The translations under genes were made by a program, and so were the position numbers. This document shows positions 25,434-39,149 of a DNA stretch of 59,095 nt, one piece after another. The stretch is taken from contig JBOZIK010000001.1 in the NCBI GenBank assembly GCA_051453625.1, positions 7,352,069 through 7,411,163 on the forward strand, read 5' to 3'. Under the pieces are notes generated by a model. That model did not search any database and had not been told where the DNA came from. It worked only from the letters and a program-made list of their open reading frames with translations. This DNA comes from Welwitschia mirabilis (Eukaryota). Within the stretch, counting starts at the first letter, position 1, and each line of letters begins with the position of its first letter.

Positions 25434-28314
25434 AATAAGGTGGAAGTGTCTCAATAACACCACCCCTCCTAATGTTATTATTTAAACCATGCTAGTCATA
25501 CATCCATTAATAAATAGAGCCATATGGAGTAGCTTATGTCCCAAAAAATGTAGTGTCTCTTTGTAATTGACATAGGAGCCCCACTGTTGTACTAAATGAT
25601 AAAGAAGATGATAACCTTCATGATAGACACCACACTGTCATACCTTCTAGCCACTACCACCATTGCTATAAATGCCTTCCCTATCTCAAACCTCTTAGGT
25701 TATAACATAGGTCAAATGTTGTCAAACAATTACGCCTTCTACCTCATGCCCATCCACTACTATGATGTATCCACTTTTCCATGTTGGCCATTTGATGTTA
25801 AAAAGAGGGGTCCCTCTTCTCATGGCCCATCATTATTTTGTCTTTTTGGTTATCCTTTCAATCATTCACATCATCAAAATTTCTTTGAACACCCATTTTG
25901 CATTTATTTTTGGGTGTGAAAGGGGGAAGAGAAGGGGATGGGATTGGTTGCCTTTTTATTTCTCACTATTTTCTAGCGAAACTTCATATTCCCTTAAATC
26001 ACTCACACCTTTTACCTTTTTCCATGTTCCCACTATTTCTATCTTCACTTTATTTTCCCATGTACTTGTGTTTCCTACCCAATATTCTCCTAAACAAAAA
26101 AATTTAACAAAATCCCTTATTTCCCAATTCATGTGTAATGGAAATATTTTTTCCACCCTTTTCTCTAATCTAGACCTAGATAATCCTATATTTTCTACTT
26201 CCAAAAATACACCTCCTTATGATTATTCTTCTTGTGATTCATTTTTCACTTACTCTACTTCCCTCTATCACCATCAAGTCCTAGACTACATGTCTCTTAT
26301 TGCAATGGTAAAGGGGGAAGCTAAGGTTGATCTCACACTGGTGCTCAAGCTCTAATGTATTCAAATTGGATATGTGTGATGTATTATGAGCTAAATCAAA
26401 TTATAAAAAACAACACACGAATGTTAATTCTACATCCTCATAATAAAACTATAATTGATTTAAAATGGATATTTCATAAACATGACTAAACTAGATTCAT
26501 TGCAAAATATAAGGCTCACATTGTTGCTAAAAGTTATAGTCAACATCAAGGTCATGACTTTAAAGATATCTTCACATTAGTTTTACAAGTTGAATTTGAT
26601 TTGCTATTGTAGTTAAACTAAGGCACATCTTTTACAATGTGATGTTGCTTTTGCATTTCTGAAATCACTTAAAATAAGGGTTTATATTGAATAACCACAG
26701 GGATTTATAGATGAAAACCATTCTGACAATATCTATCACCTACATAAAGCTTTATATGAACTGAAACAAGCACCATGAGCTTCGGTTAATAGGATTTATG
26801 ATTTTTTAAATGAATTCTGACTTCTGACATCTTTCCTCTAAAACAAATATCTATAAGAAAATAGTAAATTTTGACTACACTTTTATCTGTCTTTACATTG
26901 CTGATCATATATATTTTTCCTTTTCAACTATGATGAATAAGATTTTTTAATAAATGATGAAAAAGAAGTTTGAAATTACTGATCTTAATGAGATACCCTA
27001 CTCCCTTGGGTTCCAAGTCAAACATGATCCCTTTTCTATTTGTCTATACTAGAGAAAGTTTAATCAAACTTACTTAAAAAAATGACAAATTGCAAACTAG
27101 CTTTTGCTCTACTTCTTGCCAATATTAAACTTATTAAAAAGGATGACTCACCTGCAGTTGATGCTACCTTATATCGATCTCTTATTAAAATCTTATTGTA
27201 TCTTATAATAACCATGCTAATATCCAGTTCAATGCAAATTATATTTTTAGATTTATGAAAGAATTAAAGATTATATGTTAGAAAGCTGTGAAACATGTTC
27301 TTAAATACTTAAAGGCTATCTACAATTTTGGTCTCAGGTTTTACAAAAACAAAAAATAACTTGGTAATTCATGGTTATTCAGATGCCAATTGAGAAGGAT
27401 GCATTAATGATTGCANNNNNNNNNNNNNNNNNNNNNNNNNNNNNNNNNNNNNNNNNNNNNNNNNNNNNNNNNNNNNNNNNNNNNNNNNNNNNNNNNNNNN
27501 NNNNNNNNNNNNNNNNNNNNNNNNNNNNNNNNNNNNNNNNNNNNNNNNNNNNNNNNNNNNNNNNNNNNNNNNNNNNNNNNNNNNNNNNNNNNNNNNNNNN
27601 NNNNNNNNNNNNNNNNNNNNNNNNNNNNNNNNNNNNNNNNNNNNNNNNNNNNNNNNNNNNNNNNNNNNNNNNNNNNNNNNNNNNNNNNNNNNNNNNNNNN
27701 NNNNNNNNNNNNNNNNNNNNNNNNNNNNNNNNNNNNNNNNNNNNNNNNNNNNNNNNNNNNNNNNNNNNNNNNNNNNNNNNNNNNNNNNNNNNNNNNNNNN
27801 NNNNNNNNNNNNNNNNNNNNNNNNNNNNNNNNNNNNNNNNNNNNNNNNNNNNNNNNNNNNNNNNNNNNNNNNNNNNNNNNNNNNNNNNNNNNNAGAAGAA
27901 AAGTACAGTTGCACTATCATCTATAGAAGCAGAACGTTGCTCTCTCAAAGGCTGAAGCAATCTACCAAGATTCATTCGCCACTTAAAGAAATGGGATTAA
28001 GTCATCAAAACAAATGTGTTGTGATAATACAACTAGAACTGTCATTGACAAAAATCTAGTATTTCATGCTCAGGTGTTGTGATAATACAACTAGAACTGT
28101 CATTGACAAAAATCTAGTATTTCATGCTCAGACCAACATATAGATATCAAGCATAATTTCATTAAAGATCTTAACGATAAGAATTTTATCAGTATTGATC
28201 ATGTGGAGTCAAATTTAAAAAAAGCTGATATCTTTACTAAGCCTTTTGCACATGAGCATTTTATGGAATTTAGAAATCTTCTTGGTGTTGAACAAGTTGA
28301 CATCACAAAAGGAA
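25434..28314 (+). pseudogene. Ty1/copia pol (post-protease region, RT, RNase H), decayed; no integrase core recognisable
   Basis: KYKAHIVAKSYSQHQGHDFKDIF (~26505), LQCDVAFAFL, LHKALYELKQAP*A (~26740), LYIAD (YVDD site), GYSDAN* (~27372), STVALSSIEAE, CDN...KNLVFHA, ADIFTKP (~28224); purine tract then TGATAG at 28315. Confidence 0.92.
28016..28131 (+). repeat. Perfect 58-bp tandem duplication in copia RNase H
   Basis: gtgttgtgataatacaac...catgctcag twice, identical. Confidence 0.95.
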
Positions 28315-28374
28315 TGATAGAATGTGATATTTAAAATAGAAACTAAATTTGTATTACATTTAAAGACACAAAGG

Positions 28375-28960
28375 ATCTATTAGATAAAGGAAATGATCAT
28401 GTCATAGAATACAAAGATAGATTTAATAAAGTGACCAACAACCACTGGATACAACATGAAAAAATCAAAGAGATTTCTTACAGTGATATTGAATTTGTTT
28501 CTTATAGGTTCTATAGTAGCAGAAAAAAGTAAAACATGTTCTTCATCTTCAAGGACTTCTAGATTACACAATATACATGTTTTTTCTTATTTGTGCATGC
28601 TATTCCATCTTTCACTTTTAACTATGAGAGTTTATCTCAGTTGAATCCCTTGATTCAATTTTCCATTTTTTGTTGTATTTATGCATATTTAATGAGGATT
28701 AACCTCATAGCTCAATAATACAATATAATATAGCTTTTTGGAGATTGTTTTAAATTCATGAGTTCATTGTTTCTCTCAGTTTTTATAACCTTTTATTGCA
28801 AGGTACAATCATTATATACTTGTCATTTCAAAAATCTAGATTGAATAGCTTCATATGAATTTTTGTTTCTTGATGATATTTTTCAAGCTCAAGAGAAAAG
28901 CACTCATAGAATGGTTTTCATATTCATGTAGCTACATCTCAATATTCCATTTTATCCTAC
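28375..28960 (-). mobile_element. LINE ORF2 C-terminus (RTEX/CR1-group-like cysteine domain), 5'-truncated, decayed
   Basis: Minus strand LIVKSERWNSMHK*EKTCILCNLEVLEDEEHVLLFSATIEPIRNKF matches the SHxLxxExGRW...RxCxxC...EDExHxLLxCxxYxxIR pattern. Confidence 0.7.
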
Positions 28961-30079
28961 AACCATTAAAAATTTGCAAAGAAATTTAATTAATGCTCTC
29001 TCTCACCCTCTCCCCTCTCTCCCCACCCCTTCCCCCTCCTTCTTTCTCTCTTATATACACTCTCTCTCATAATTTGTCTATTATGTAGCACAATACGGAC
29101 AAGACACTACATTAAAAAACGTCACATAAAAAGAATTACTAAAAATCATGTCATAGTCTAAGTTATCAAATAAAAAATTATGAAATCTAACAAAATTTTA
29201 CAAATATATAAAGCAACAAAATTTTTAAAAGTATAATTTCCAATAAACAAACCATAAATAATAAAATTATATAAATCTATTATTTATGAATTGTAATAAT
29301 TGTTAAAATCAATTAAATGAATTGGAATTTTCTTGGAGATATTTTTTTGCTTCCTTCTTTAAGAAAAGGCTAATAAATATAGATAATTGCTTCTTTGAAA
29401 AATCCAAATTCTTATAATGTGTAAATACGAATAGTGATTTCATATATTTTACATGATTCTCTATTTTCGATAGAGTATCTAAATCTTTTACATGGTTTTC
29501 TTTGTTTTCTATTTTTATATCTTTTATAATGTCTTTTAATATTATTAATTCTTCAACATCAATAAAATTTTCATCATTGCTAATGCAAGGTCCTCCATCC
29601 CTTACTAATAAATCCTCAATATATTTCTCATGAATTTTAGTAGCTTCTTAGTTATGTTGTGATGTTAAAATAAAATCTACGTCTTTTCATTTTATATCTC
29701 ATGGACATTAAGGGAAAATTTTCAAATTGCATTAAAGGACCAAAGTAGAGGAAAAGAAGTTTTGAGCAAATTCAATACCCCTGGTAAGTTTAACCACCTT
29801 GATTTCTTGCTTATAAAAATTCTGTGGGACTGACCACTTACACTTACAACTTATGTCATAAAGTGAAACTCTACTAACTTAACACTTGTAATTTCTACTA
29901 TGTGCATAAAAACCATAAAAAGAAAATTGCATTAGAATCAACTCAAGTATGTGGTATCATAGTCACTAGTCATATATATCCGGAATGGCCTCCTATATGA
30001 AGGGGATTTGCTTAAGTAAACTAATTTCATCCTAACCAATGAATGTCTATTGGACTGAGCTATGTATAAGGCCCATTTG

Positions 30080-30174
30080 TAACCTATTTAAACTGGGTAT
30101 AAGTGTGGCATCACCTTAACTTTAACATAACCTATTTAAACTGGGTATAAGTGTGGCATCACCTTACTTTTAAC
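30080..30174 (+). repeat. Near-perfect ~48-bp tandem duplication
   Basis: taacctatttaaactgggtataagtgtggcatcacctta.ttt.aac twice. Confidence 0.9.
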
Positions 30175-32399
30175 GTGTGGTTAAAGTTATTATTGTTTAA
30201 ATAGTTTAACAATCCTCCATAAACCTATTTATCACTTGTTATACAAAAATGGTTACATTAATTACTTTAGTTAGTTATGTTGGCACGTTACTAGTTCATT
30301 GGAAATGTCATAAAGACTCTTTCTTTTGTATTATAAAAGAAGATACATACATTCATGTCAAATGCTATAAAACTTGATACTAGAAGATATGTTAGGAATA
30401 TTAAGGAATTAAGGATAGAAAGAGGACTTCCCAATGAAGTGTCAATAATAGATCATTATGTGTAATGAGATAGTTATGATTTACATTTGGTGTATTAATA
30501 AATGTTATACTTAAGGCTTCATATGAATCAAAGAGTTATGAATTACTCAAATGTTTACTCAAGGATATGATATTTGTGGACGGGCATCAATTTACAACTA
30601 AAAACTATTTGCCAACATTGTGAGGATGATTTGGCTGAAGTGTAGGGAATATTTAATAGATTGGTTGTAATCCTTGATAAACCTAGTATGGCCACATGAT
30701 GGTTTAGAGAGAAGACCTAGAAGAAAGACTCTTATAACTAGCTTGTCAAGCGAAACAACCCTTTATGGAAGAGATTATTTGCCATTGTGAAGATATACTT
30801 CTTTTAGAAATTAATAAACAAAAATTTATTTTATCTCTTTTTCAATATGAAGGTTTTATTTTTAACTCTAATGACAAAGAATAATTATGATTGATATCAG
30901 AGTGGACAAACCATAATTCTTTTTTAAAAATAAAAGCTTTAAAAACATTAAATTTATATTAAAATAAAATCAAATACATTAAACATAGAGAGAGAGCCAA
31001 AAAAAAAAAAAGGAACAAGGAGAGAGATATCATTTTGTTTTTATTGGTACTTGTCTTTATAGGGAATGCTACCATGATATATAGTATGAAAGCAAGAGCC
31101 ACCATAAGAAAGATGAGAAGATTTGAAAGAGTTTCCCTATCAATGTTGTCTAAAATAAGGCAATTCACTATAATTGACATATTTGTAATAATGATGAAGT
31201 AGTGTTATAGTGTACTATATCAATGACAATAGATGCTCTTTAAAGATAATCTTTTTATGTTAAAAGACACATAAGTTTTCCTTTACCATGATAAGCTACT
31301 TTAGAACATGATCAAGCACTTCCTCTAAATGTTTATGTAAGCATTATCTTTGACAATAGCTTAAAGGGTTTCTTCCAAGTGAGAAACTTGCTCCTAAAGC
31401 ATCTTATTATTTAGGCACATATTTTTGAGTTTTTCATATGATCTATAAGCAAGAAGTAGCTATTGAGAAATAATAAATATCGATAGGAACTTAAAATACT
31501 AAAAAAACTATTCACCTTCAACATTCCTTTTTGGACTTTGGTTTGCTCCACTTAATGTATCTAATGGCATGCATCATCAGAATAGAGAAAGAATCTACTA
31601 ATGAAGCATCATTAATAAATAGTTATCAATAATGAGATAGTTATATTATGCATTTTGTGCATTAAGAAATGACATACATAAGAAGGGGCTCATTAATTAA
31701 AGGCTCATTAGTTAAGCAAGTGTGCATTCAAGGGGCATGACTTGCACAAAGGCATCAACTTGGAATTGATAACCTTTAGGAATATCATAAGAATGGTTTG
31801 GTTCAAACAAAGACACATGCAACAGTTTGGTTGGAATGCTTAAAAAGCATAGCTTCATCACCTGTGACCTTACAAAGAAGGCCTACAAGGTATACCATTT
31901 AGTAAGTCTATCAAGATAGACCACCCTTAATGGTAGAGATTGTCTGTGGTTTGATAATTTAATTTTTTATTTATCCCTTTATCATATGCATGCATTTATT
32001 ACTTATTTATTTACCCATTTAACTATAATGATACAAGATCATGACAATCTATACTAAATAGATAGTCGAATCCATTACATTATACCACCTTGCATTATCA
32101 TCATTGAGAGAATCATCAAAATGGTTAAAGAGACTCAAATCCATCATTTAAACTAATCATCTGGAGATCCTATCCTTCACATAGAGAAATAATTGTAATC
32201 TTGGTATAAGAAAGATTGCTACTAGTGGGTATTTTTGGCTATATGTATTGCCAATAAGGTTAACTCGTCTTTTCTTCAATCATTCTTTGATTTATTGTTT
32301 AAGTAATTTTTAGAATCATTATTATTTATAACCATGTCTATTGGAACTTTATCTTGTTAAAAAAAGTAAATTTTTATTAAGAGCATTATTTGTTAATCA

Positions 32400-34400
32400 A
32401 TCTTTTAAGGTAATCTATTTGTTGAGAACCTTATTAGCAAAATAGAGAAAAAAACAAGAATAACAATCTTAGAAATAGCAAATATAAAATCAAAATTTGG
32501 AGTAAAAGTTTTGGCATGTTTGGTCAGTCCCCAAGACTATTACTCTTATTGCCCACTATGTTTCTTTGGAAATTTTAGCTTTTTTAGTTTATTCAGAGAT
32601 TCACGTTCAATAATGTTGGAAATTCCCCATTACATAAGAATCTAAATAACTTTTGGGAAAAAAAAATTTGAAGGAACTTATTAAAGAAAGGTACTAACAG
32701 CAACAGAGAAGAAGAAAATGAGATGAATATTAGATTAAAAGATCAACAAGAAGAAAAATTAAAATTTGAACTTAAAAGAAAATAAGATACTATAAAAAAT
32801 TCAAACTGAGAATAAGGAAAAATTAAAAAAGCTAAAAGAGATACTATTAAAAGAACACTCCCCACCAAAAAAAAAAAAAAAAAAAAAGGAAGAAAGGAAA
32901 AGNNNNNNNNNNNNNNNNNNNNNNNNNNNNNNNNNNNNNNNNNNNNNNNNNNNNNNNNNNNNNNNNNNNNNNNNNNNNNNNNNNNNNNNNNNNNNNNNNN
33001 NNAGAGAAAAACAACATTATGCAAGCATAACTTAGATAAGGTTAGATTCCATGGTCATGCCCCTTCTAATTATAAAAAGCTATCATCTCATGGAAGGAGA
33101 GCTTTCCATAAACGAAACCATTCTTTCAAAGATACAACCAATCCTAGCATAATTGCATTCTTAAAATTCATCAACTTTCCTAAAGAACTATGTAGAAATT
33201 TGATACCTCTAATTAAAGCATTGATTTAAGAAAAAGAATTGAGGATGGGGGTACAGAGATCAAGAGAGGTGAAAAACCAGAAAAATGCATTTAAGGGAAG
33301 GAATAGAATGATAAAGGATAAAAGCCCTTTTAAGGACTCCAAAGTTGTGCTTATTTAGCACAATCAATAAATATTCTCTTTTCCATTTTCTAAAACTAAA
33401 AAAAAAAGAGTTTAATCTCAATCCAAATTATGCTAGAGTCCAAAATAGATCTAGAAGGAAGTCTTTAAAATTAAGACCATCACTATTTAGTATCTTAAAA
33501 AGTCCATTATCTAAACAAACGATAACCTTACTCCATAAAAGAATTATGATTCTTTACTCTCAAAGCAAATTTGGTATGAAGACTAATACAGTGAATTCCG
33601 TAGGACTAAGGGACATGCCACAAATAATTGTCAAACTCTTAGATTACTAAAGTAAAAAATATCAAGAAATTTGAACCCAACAATGAAATGAATATATAAT
33701 CAAGCATATCATTCATAAAACAAGAATACATAATCAATGAAAAAGAGAAATGAAAATCAAGAAAAATTATCTACTCGTGCTCATGACATAGATGTAGTTG
33801 AATAACTTGAAACAACTTTTAAATATGCATAGCCAAATTGTCACTGTTTTCTCTTCTCCAAACTTTTATTTAAAATAGGAAAAAAGTTATTAGAATTTAA
33901 AAAAAGGTATGAAAGATGATTATTTTCTTGACCTGGCACAAATCCAAAAAGAATAATCAATTAATTTTCCTAATGTCTATATCAATTTAAAACTTGAAAA
34001 TAATATGTCAAAAGTATTCTCTTTGCATTTATATTAGAATAAATGCAATTAATTAGTACACAGTTAAGAGGGCATTCATAGGTACAAGGTTTAAATTAAA
34101 TGTTATTACAAAACAATTACACTTAAAAACTAAATAAAATTCATCAAATTAAGATAAATGACCTTGTTACTATAAGATATTTTAATGGCTAAGAATGATA
34201 CACATGTGGATCCATATGTCTTAATGTTTAGACTGCAAAAATGGGTATAAGATCTAAGTTTTTTGTCATTGATGATTAAACCTCTTATAACATGATTTTA
34301 AAGTAGACCCTACCTCATAAGTTCAGGTTTAGTAATTTCTTTCATACATAACCATGTACAAATGACACATGGAAATTCTGTGTTTACTGGACCCATTGAA
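32400..34400 (+). pseudogene. Second Tat-type gag-protease remnant
   Basis: (C)EFRRTKGHATNNCQTLR at ~33590-33645; RAFIGTRFKLNV at ~34068; SYNMIL..RPYLI at ~34283. Boundaries approximate. Confidence 0.6.
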
Positions 34401-37400
34401 TAAGGTTCCCAAATATCAATAATGTGATAGAAATGTAAGGAGCAAAAAACCGTGAAAAAAAATATTATCATCAAATAAGCCAAAATAAAGACTTACATGG
34501 TAATACTTTTATACCACTTGTTTGATTTAAAATGGAGATAATGACTCTAATAGAGTACATAACTTAATGATTTATCCAATATAAAATTTAGGAGAATAAT
34601 TCCTTTAGCACCACTTTAACACAACATGATTTCAAAATCGGCAAAACCAAAAAAAATAAAATAATAATAAATAAAGAAAGGAGAAAAAAGAAAAAAAGGA
34701 AAAAGTAGTAGGATACTATCTATAGCATGCATATATTTGTAAATCACAAGTTTTAGATATCTCATTAAAAATAAAATTGAGTAAGATATATCTCATCAAA
34801 AAAGAGCACATTTTCAATCATAGAATCCAAAAAATATTTGTTGACTGTTTTGCCTTGATGTTTCATTTTCCTCCTCTCTCTTCTTGGTCTTTAACTTAGG
34901 TTTCCTACTATCAATTAAGTTCCTTTCGAAAATAAATATAAAACTTTACATAGAAACACAGGACAGAAGAATAGAAGGAGGCAATACATTAACAAGATAA
35001 AGTTGTTACCTCATTATATCCTAAGGAAATTATAGAAACCAATGAATTTCTCAAGTTGCCTCTATTTTCCATTTAGGTATTTAGTTTCTTTCTTAATTTA
35101 TCTAATAAGTGATTATTTTTATGATAAAATAACCTTAGTTGAGATGCTTGCTTCTATAGGTGTAAAATTTATTTTTCATAATTACACACCATCTACTTTT
35201 TGGTAGTAAATTTATTATGTCTTCTTTAGTAAAAACCTTAACTAAGTAACTTGTTCTTTAGCTTTTATTTTGGCTAATTTTAGTTCTTCACACTTATCAA
35301 TGAAATAGCTTAATTTATTTTTAAATTAAATTTTAATATTTTTACAAGTTTTTCATCCTTCATTACTAGAATTATCAATAGTTTACTTTCATTTGTGTAG
35401 TCTTTTAAGTCAACCCCTTCTCACTTTATAGTTTCTTTTAAAATTTAATAATCTCTTTGTAATTTTTTTGAAGGTCTCAAATACATACAAAATTTCTCTT
35501 CCATGTCTTCTAGCTTTCTTGCAAATCCTTTAGTATTTCTATTTCTTATCATGCCTTTTCCTTTCTCCTTTACATTGCAATACGCAAGTCCTAATCCTTC
35601 TTTCAATTCCATAGATAAAAAATCACTTCTTTCAATTTTTCAATGATCTTACTTGACTATGTCATTTTCATAGCCAATAGAAAATGATAAATAAGGAATT
35701 ATATATATAAATATGATTAGTTATTTAGATTACAATCTAACCAAAACTATAAAATAAAGGATTTCTTAAAAATAGAAGATAAATAGATGACTTACTTGCA
35801 ATATAGCCTTATTTGAAAATTTTGTATTATACCTTGATATCTTCTCTTTTGTAGTATTAACAAGCTAGAAAATAATTTTAGAAATATAATGTCTAATCTC
35901 ACATGTCATTTTACTTTAATCTTATAAATTCATTGATTAAAAAAAGAAAATGCTTTTATTGAAAAATTTATCAAAATATACACCTAATGAAATATTTTTT
36001 CTATTTCTTAGACAACTAGATGTAGGTAGTATATGAGACCCTTGCTAGTTTGTGCATGTTAAATTCACATATCAAGTAAACTCGTAGTAAGCTCTCTTGA
36101 GTCTTCTTAATTTGTGAGCATTGAATCTATATCTTAAGCCTTACCTAAACTTGTGTTGGTACTATGATCTTGATCAGATGACTTGAAATTCTCATTCAAG
36201 TTTTCACTACCATTAATTTTCCCCTACTTTTTTAAAGGTATATTTTATTACATGAGGTCCCTTTTACTTGTGTGTGTATCTCTTTTCTTAAAACCTCTCA
36301 CTGGATTTCTTTTTCTAGGTATTTGTAGTAGAAAAATTACATGAGTTTTTTTTTTCATAGCGTGGATGTTCACAAAAATACATGGCTATTTAAGGTTTAT
36401 GCTTACAAATTTTAAAAAAATAGAAAGACATTCACTTTATAATGTTAAGTCATTTAGATGCTATATGTTATTCTTCATTCAACATATGTTCATCAATTTA
36501 ATTTTTTATCTCTATGGATCATCCTCTATAATTTTTTCAAGAGCCAAAAGAAACCTATATTAATATCTTCATTATTGACTATCCTAATTATGAAAGTAGT
36601 CAATAATTTTCTTTAGGCTTTATATAGATCAAATATTGGTGTGAGAAAATCTACTTTCACAATAAAACATTTTACCTACGATGTTAAATCATTTCTCTCT
36701 TATTTCTTTATCAAAAACTTTTTATTAGGCTTGATAGATCTCTTTATCCATAAAACATTTTGGATGAAATAAATGTATTTATCTAAATTAGATATTTCTC
36801 ATCTTTTAATAGATATCTCTTTTCATTTCATAACTTTGGATGCTTTAAAGAAGATTTTTCTAAGAATTTTCCTTCTCATTTGAATTATCATTTTCCTCTT
36901 TTCCTTTGGTTTCTCTTTGAAGGTCTTTGCTCATAGGATTCGTTCCTTTATTCTACTTAAAACATCTCTTGTGGTTTCTTTGTTAACTTACTCAAATAAT
37001 GCAACACTTTATTAGAAATATTTTCATTTTTCTTCTATTTGATTTGGTCATGCCTTCATTTGGTTGTACATTCATTGCCTTCATCTCAATCCCATCATTT
37101 TTTGTTGACACATTTTCTTTTCCTCCTAATATCATGTTACTATGTTCTTTCATCCAGACTCTTGCTTTATTAGAAATTTGCCTAATTTTGAAAAATATTG
37201 CTTTTAATTTAAAGTTTCTTCCTTGAATGTTTATCCTATACATGAAACATCAAATTCTTTTGGGGGAGGAAGGGAAGGGTGATGATTCTTGAACTCTAAC
37301 TCAATGAAAAATTTTAAAATCATAGCTCAAAAACAAATAATTAGGACCTAATAAATTTTAAAAAGAAAAAGAAAAAGAAAATAAAAACTCTTTATTAATA

Positions 37401-39149
37401 TTTTTTCACTTATTAGAAAAATTAAGTTGGTGGTAACATTTATATATTTTTTTTAAATTTTTACTTCGATTCTTTGGTTATTGTAAATTCATCAAATTTC
37501 TTATTTAGTTATTTATTAGCTGGTTGAAATCTTTCCATTATGCTATAAGGGCTTGCTAAGACTCATAAAAAAATGATGTTCTTTATTTGAAATATTAATT
37601 CAAATTCCTTCATCTTATCATTACATCATGCTAATTTGCTACTTTAAGATATTTGATCTCTATTACTTTTCATCATTTTAAATTTATTACCTTTATCATT
37701 ATGAATTATCTTTTTTTGTTTTGCAGTTAAAGGATCTTTCCATTAAAATTAAAAGGGAATTACAAGAAGGAGGAGTAACAAAGATTAAAAGAGAGGGAGA
37801 GAACGAAATCAAGGTGAATCCCAATTAATGATTCTAAGCCATTGAACAACTTGAATTGATAAGACAAGTTTGTCTACCAAACATCAAAGATAGATATCCT
37901 ACAAAATAGAGAATTTTGCAAAGAAATAAAGTGAGTTGCTACTTTCATTATTAAAGATGCCATTATTGTGAAGATTCAATAGAGAGAAAACGATTCTGCC
38001 TCTGAGAGGTAACCAGATCCACCATCGCATCTCATTTGAAGGATTCCTAATGCCTAAAAGAACTATTAAATGGAAAATAGAGTGCAAATTAATTAGTTTG
38101 AAATCCCCAAATTAGGTTTACATATCTATACTACATGTTCAAAACACATGCAAGGATGTTTCTTAGACTTTACAATGACAAGAAATTGGTTATTGATCTA
38201 AAATTTAAAGAAGTCTCTAAGACAAAGATAGATCATTATGTGTTAAATATCAAAGAAAGGTTATAATCTTAGAAGGCACAAGAATTTCCCATAAATAAGT
38301 GAAAATGTTACACCAAGAATTCTAAGAAATGAAAACTTACTAGCTAGAGTTTAATCTACTAGAAATGGAGGTAGAAATATATCATGCTTATCAAAGAGCT
38401 ATTCTCTTAGCATTACAGATACTAAAACTATAATAAACACATCACATAAAATCCTCATGTTCAATGTTCAAAATTACGTAAAAGAAGAGAAGTCAAGTTT
38501 GAAGATTAACAAAAGCTCTTTTGTGGAATCTTTTCATTGGAAATTTCTTCTTAATATCTTACTAGGATATCAAGGTTTACTGATGTCCATTTAAAATGTC
38601 CTTAACTATCAAGATAATTCATTTGCTAAAAGTTAGAGCACTAGTTCTAGCTTGATATGCTAATGGAAGACGATTATTGTTGAGTTTTTTAAACCACATA
38701 ATGGAAGTTACAAGATGCAAAGAATTACATGAATTAAAAAGAATATCTTTAATGCCACATTATGATCATCATTTTATTTTAATCTTCCTTATTAGTTTTA
38801 TAAACTAGGTGATTTCTTTTAAAAAAAGGTATTTTTATCCTTTTTAATAAATACCATTTTCTCAATTTCCTATGTCAATGTCTTTAGCTTTAAGATTAAT
38901 AGATTTACTATAGATACTTCTTTGGATATTTCAGAATGCTTATGAATGAATTCATTTACTTAAACATATCAATTTGCATCTTATTTAATTAAATCTTAAT
39001 CTTACATTTCTTTAATATTTGAAGTTTATAACACTCAAGTTTGATTACTCGTAAATAGTTAAGAAATAAAAGAAAAATACAATATTTAAGTTTAGCTTGT
39101 ATCCATTTATGATCTTACAATGGATTCCTTAAACCCAGGTAGGTAGAAT

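Noticed and set aside
25596..26355. Overlapping 107-aa and 197-aa ORFs as real genes
   Set aside because: They overlie decayed copia pol and are mostly off-frame, F/S/L-rich readings.
29085..29125. CACTACATTAAAAAACG as a CACTA terminus, or the preceding bases as a Helitron 3' hairpin
   Set aside because: No matching inverted terminus, TSD or transposase found; hairpin and CTAG end are imperfect.
34900..37300. Pyrimidine-rich stretch possibly encoding a minus-strand gag or caulimovirid protein
   Set aside because: No diagnostic motif recoverable by eye; too decayed to call.
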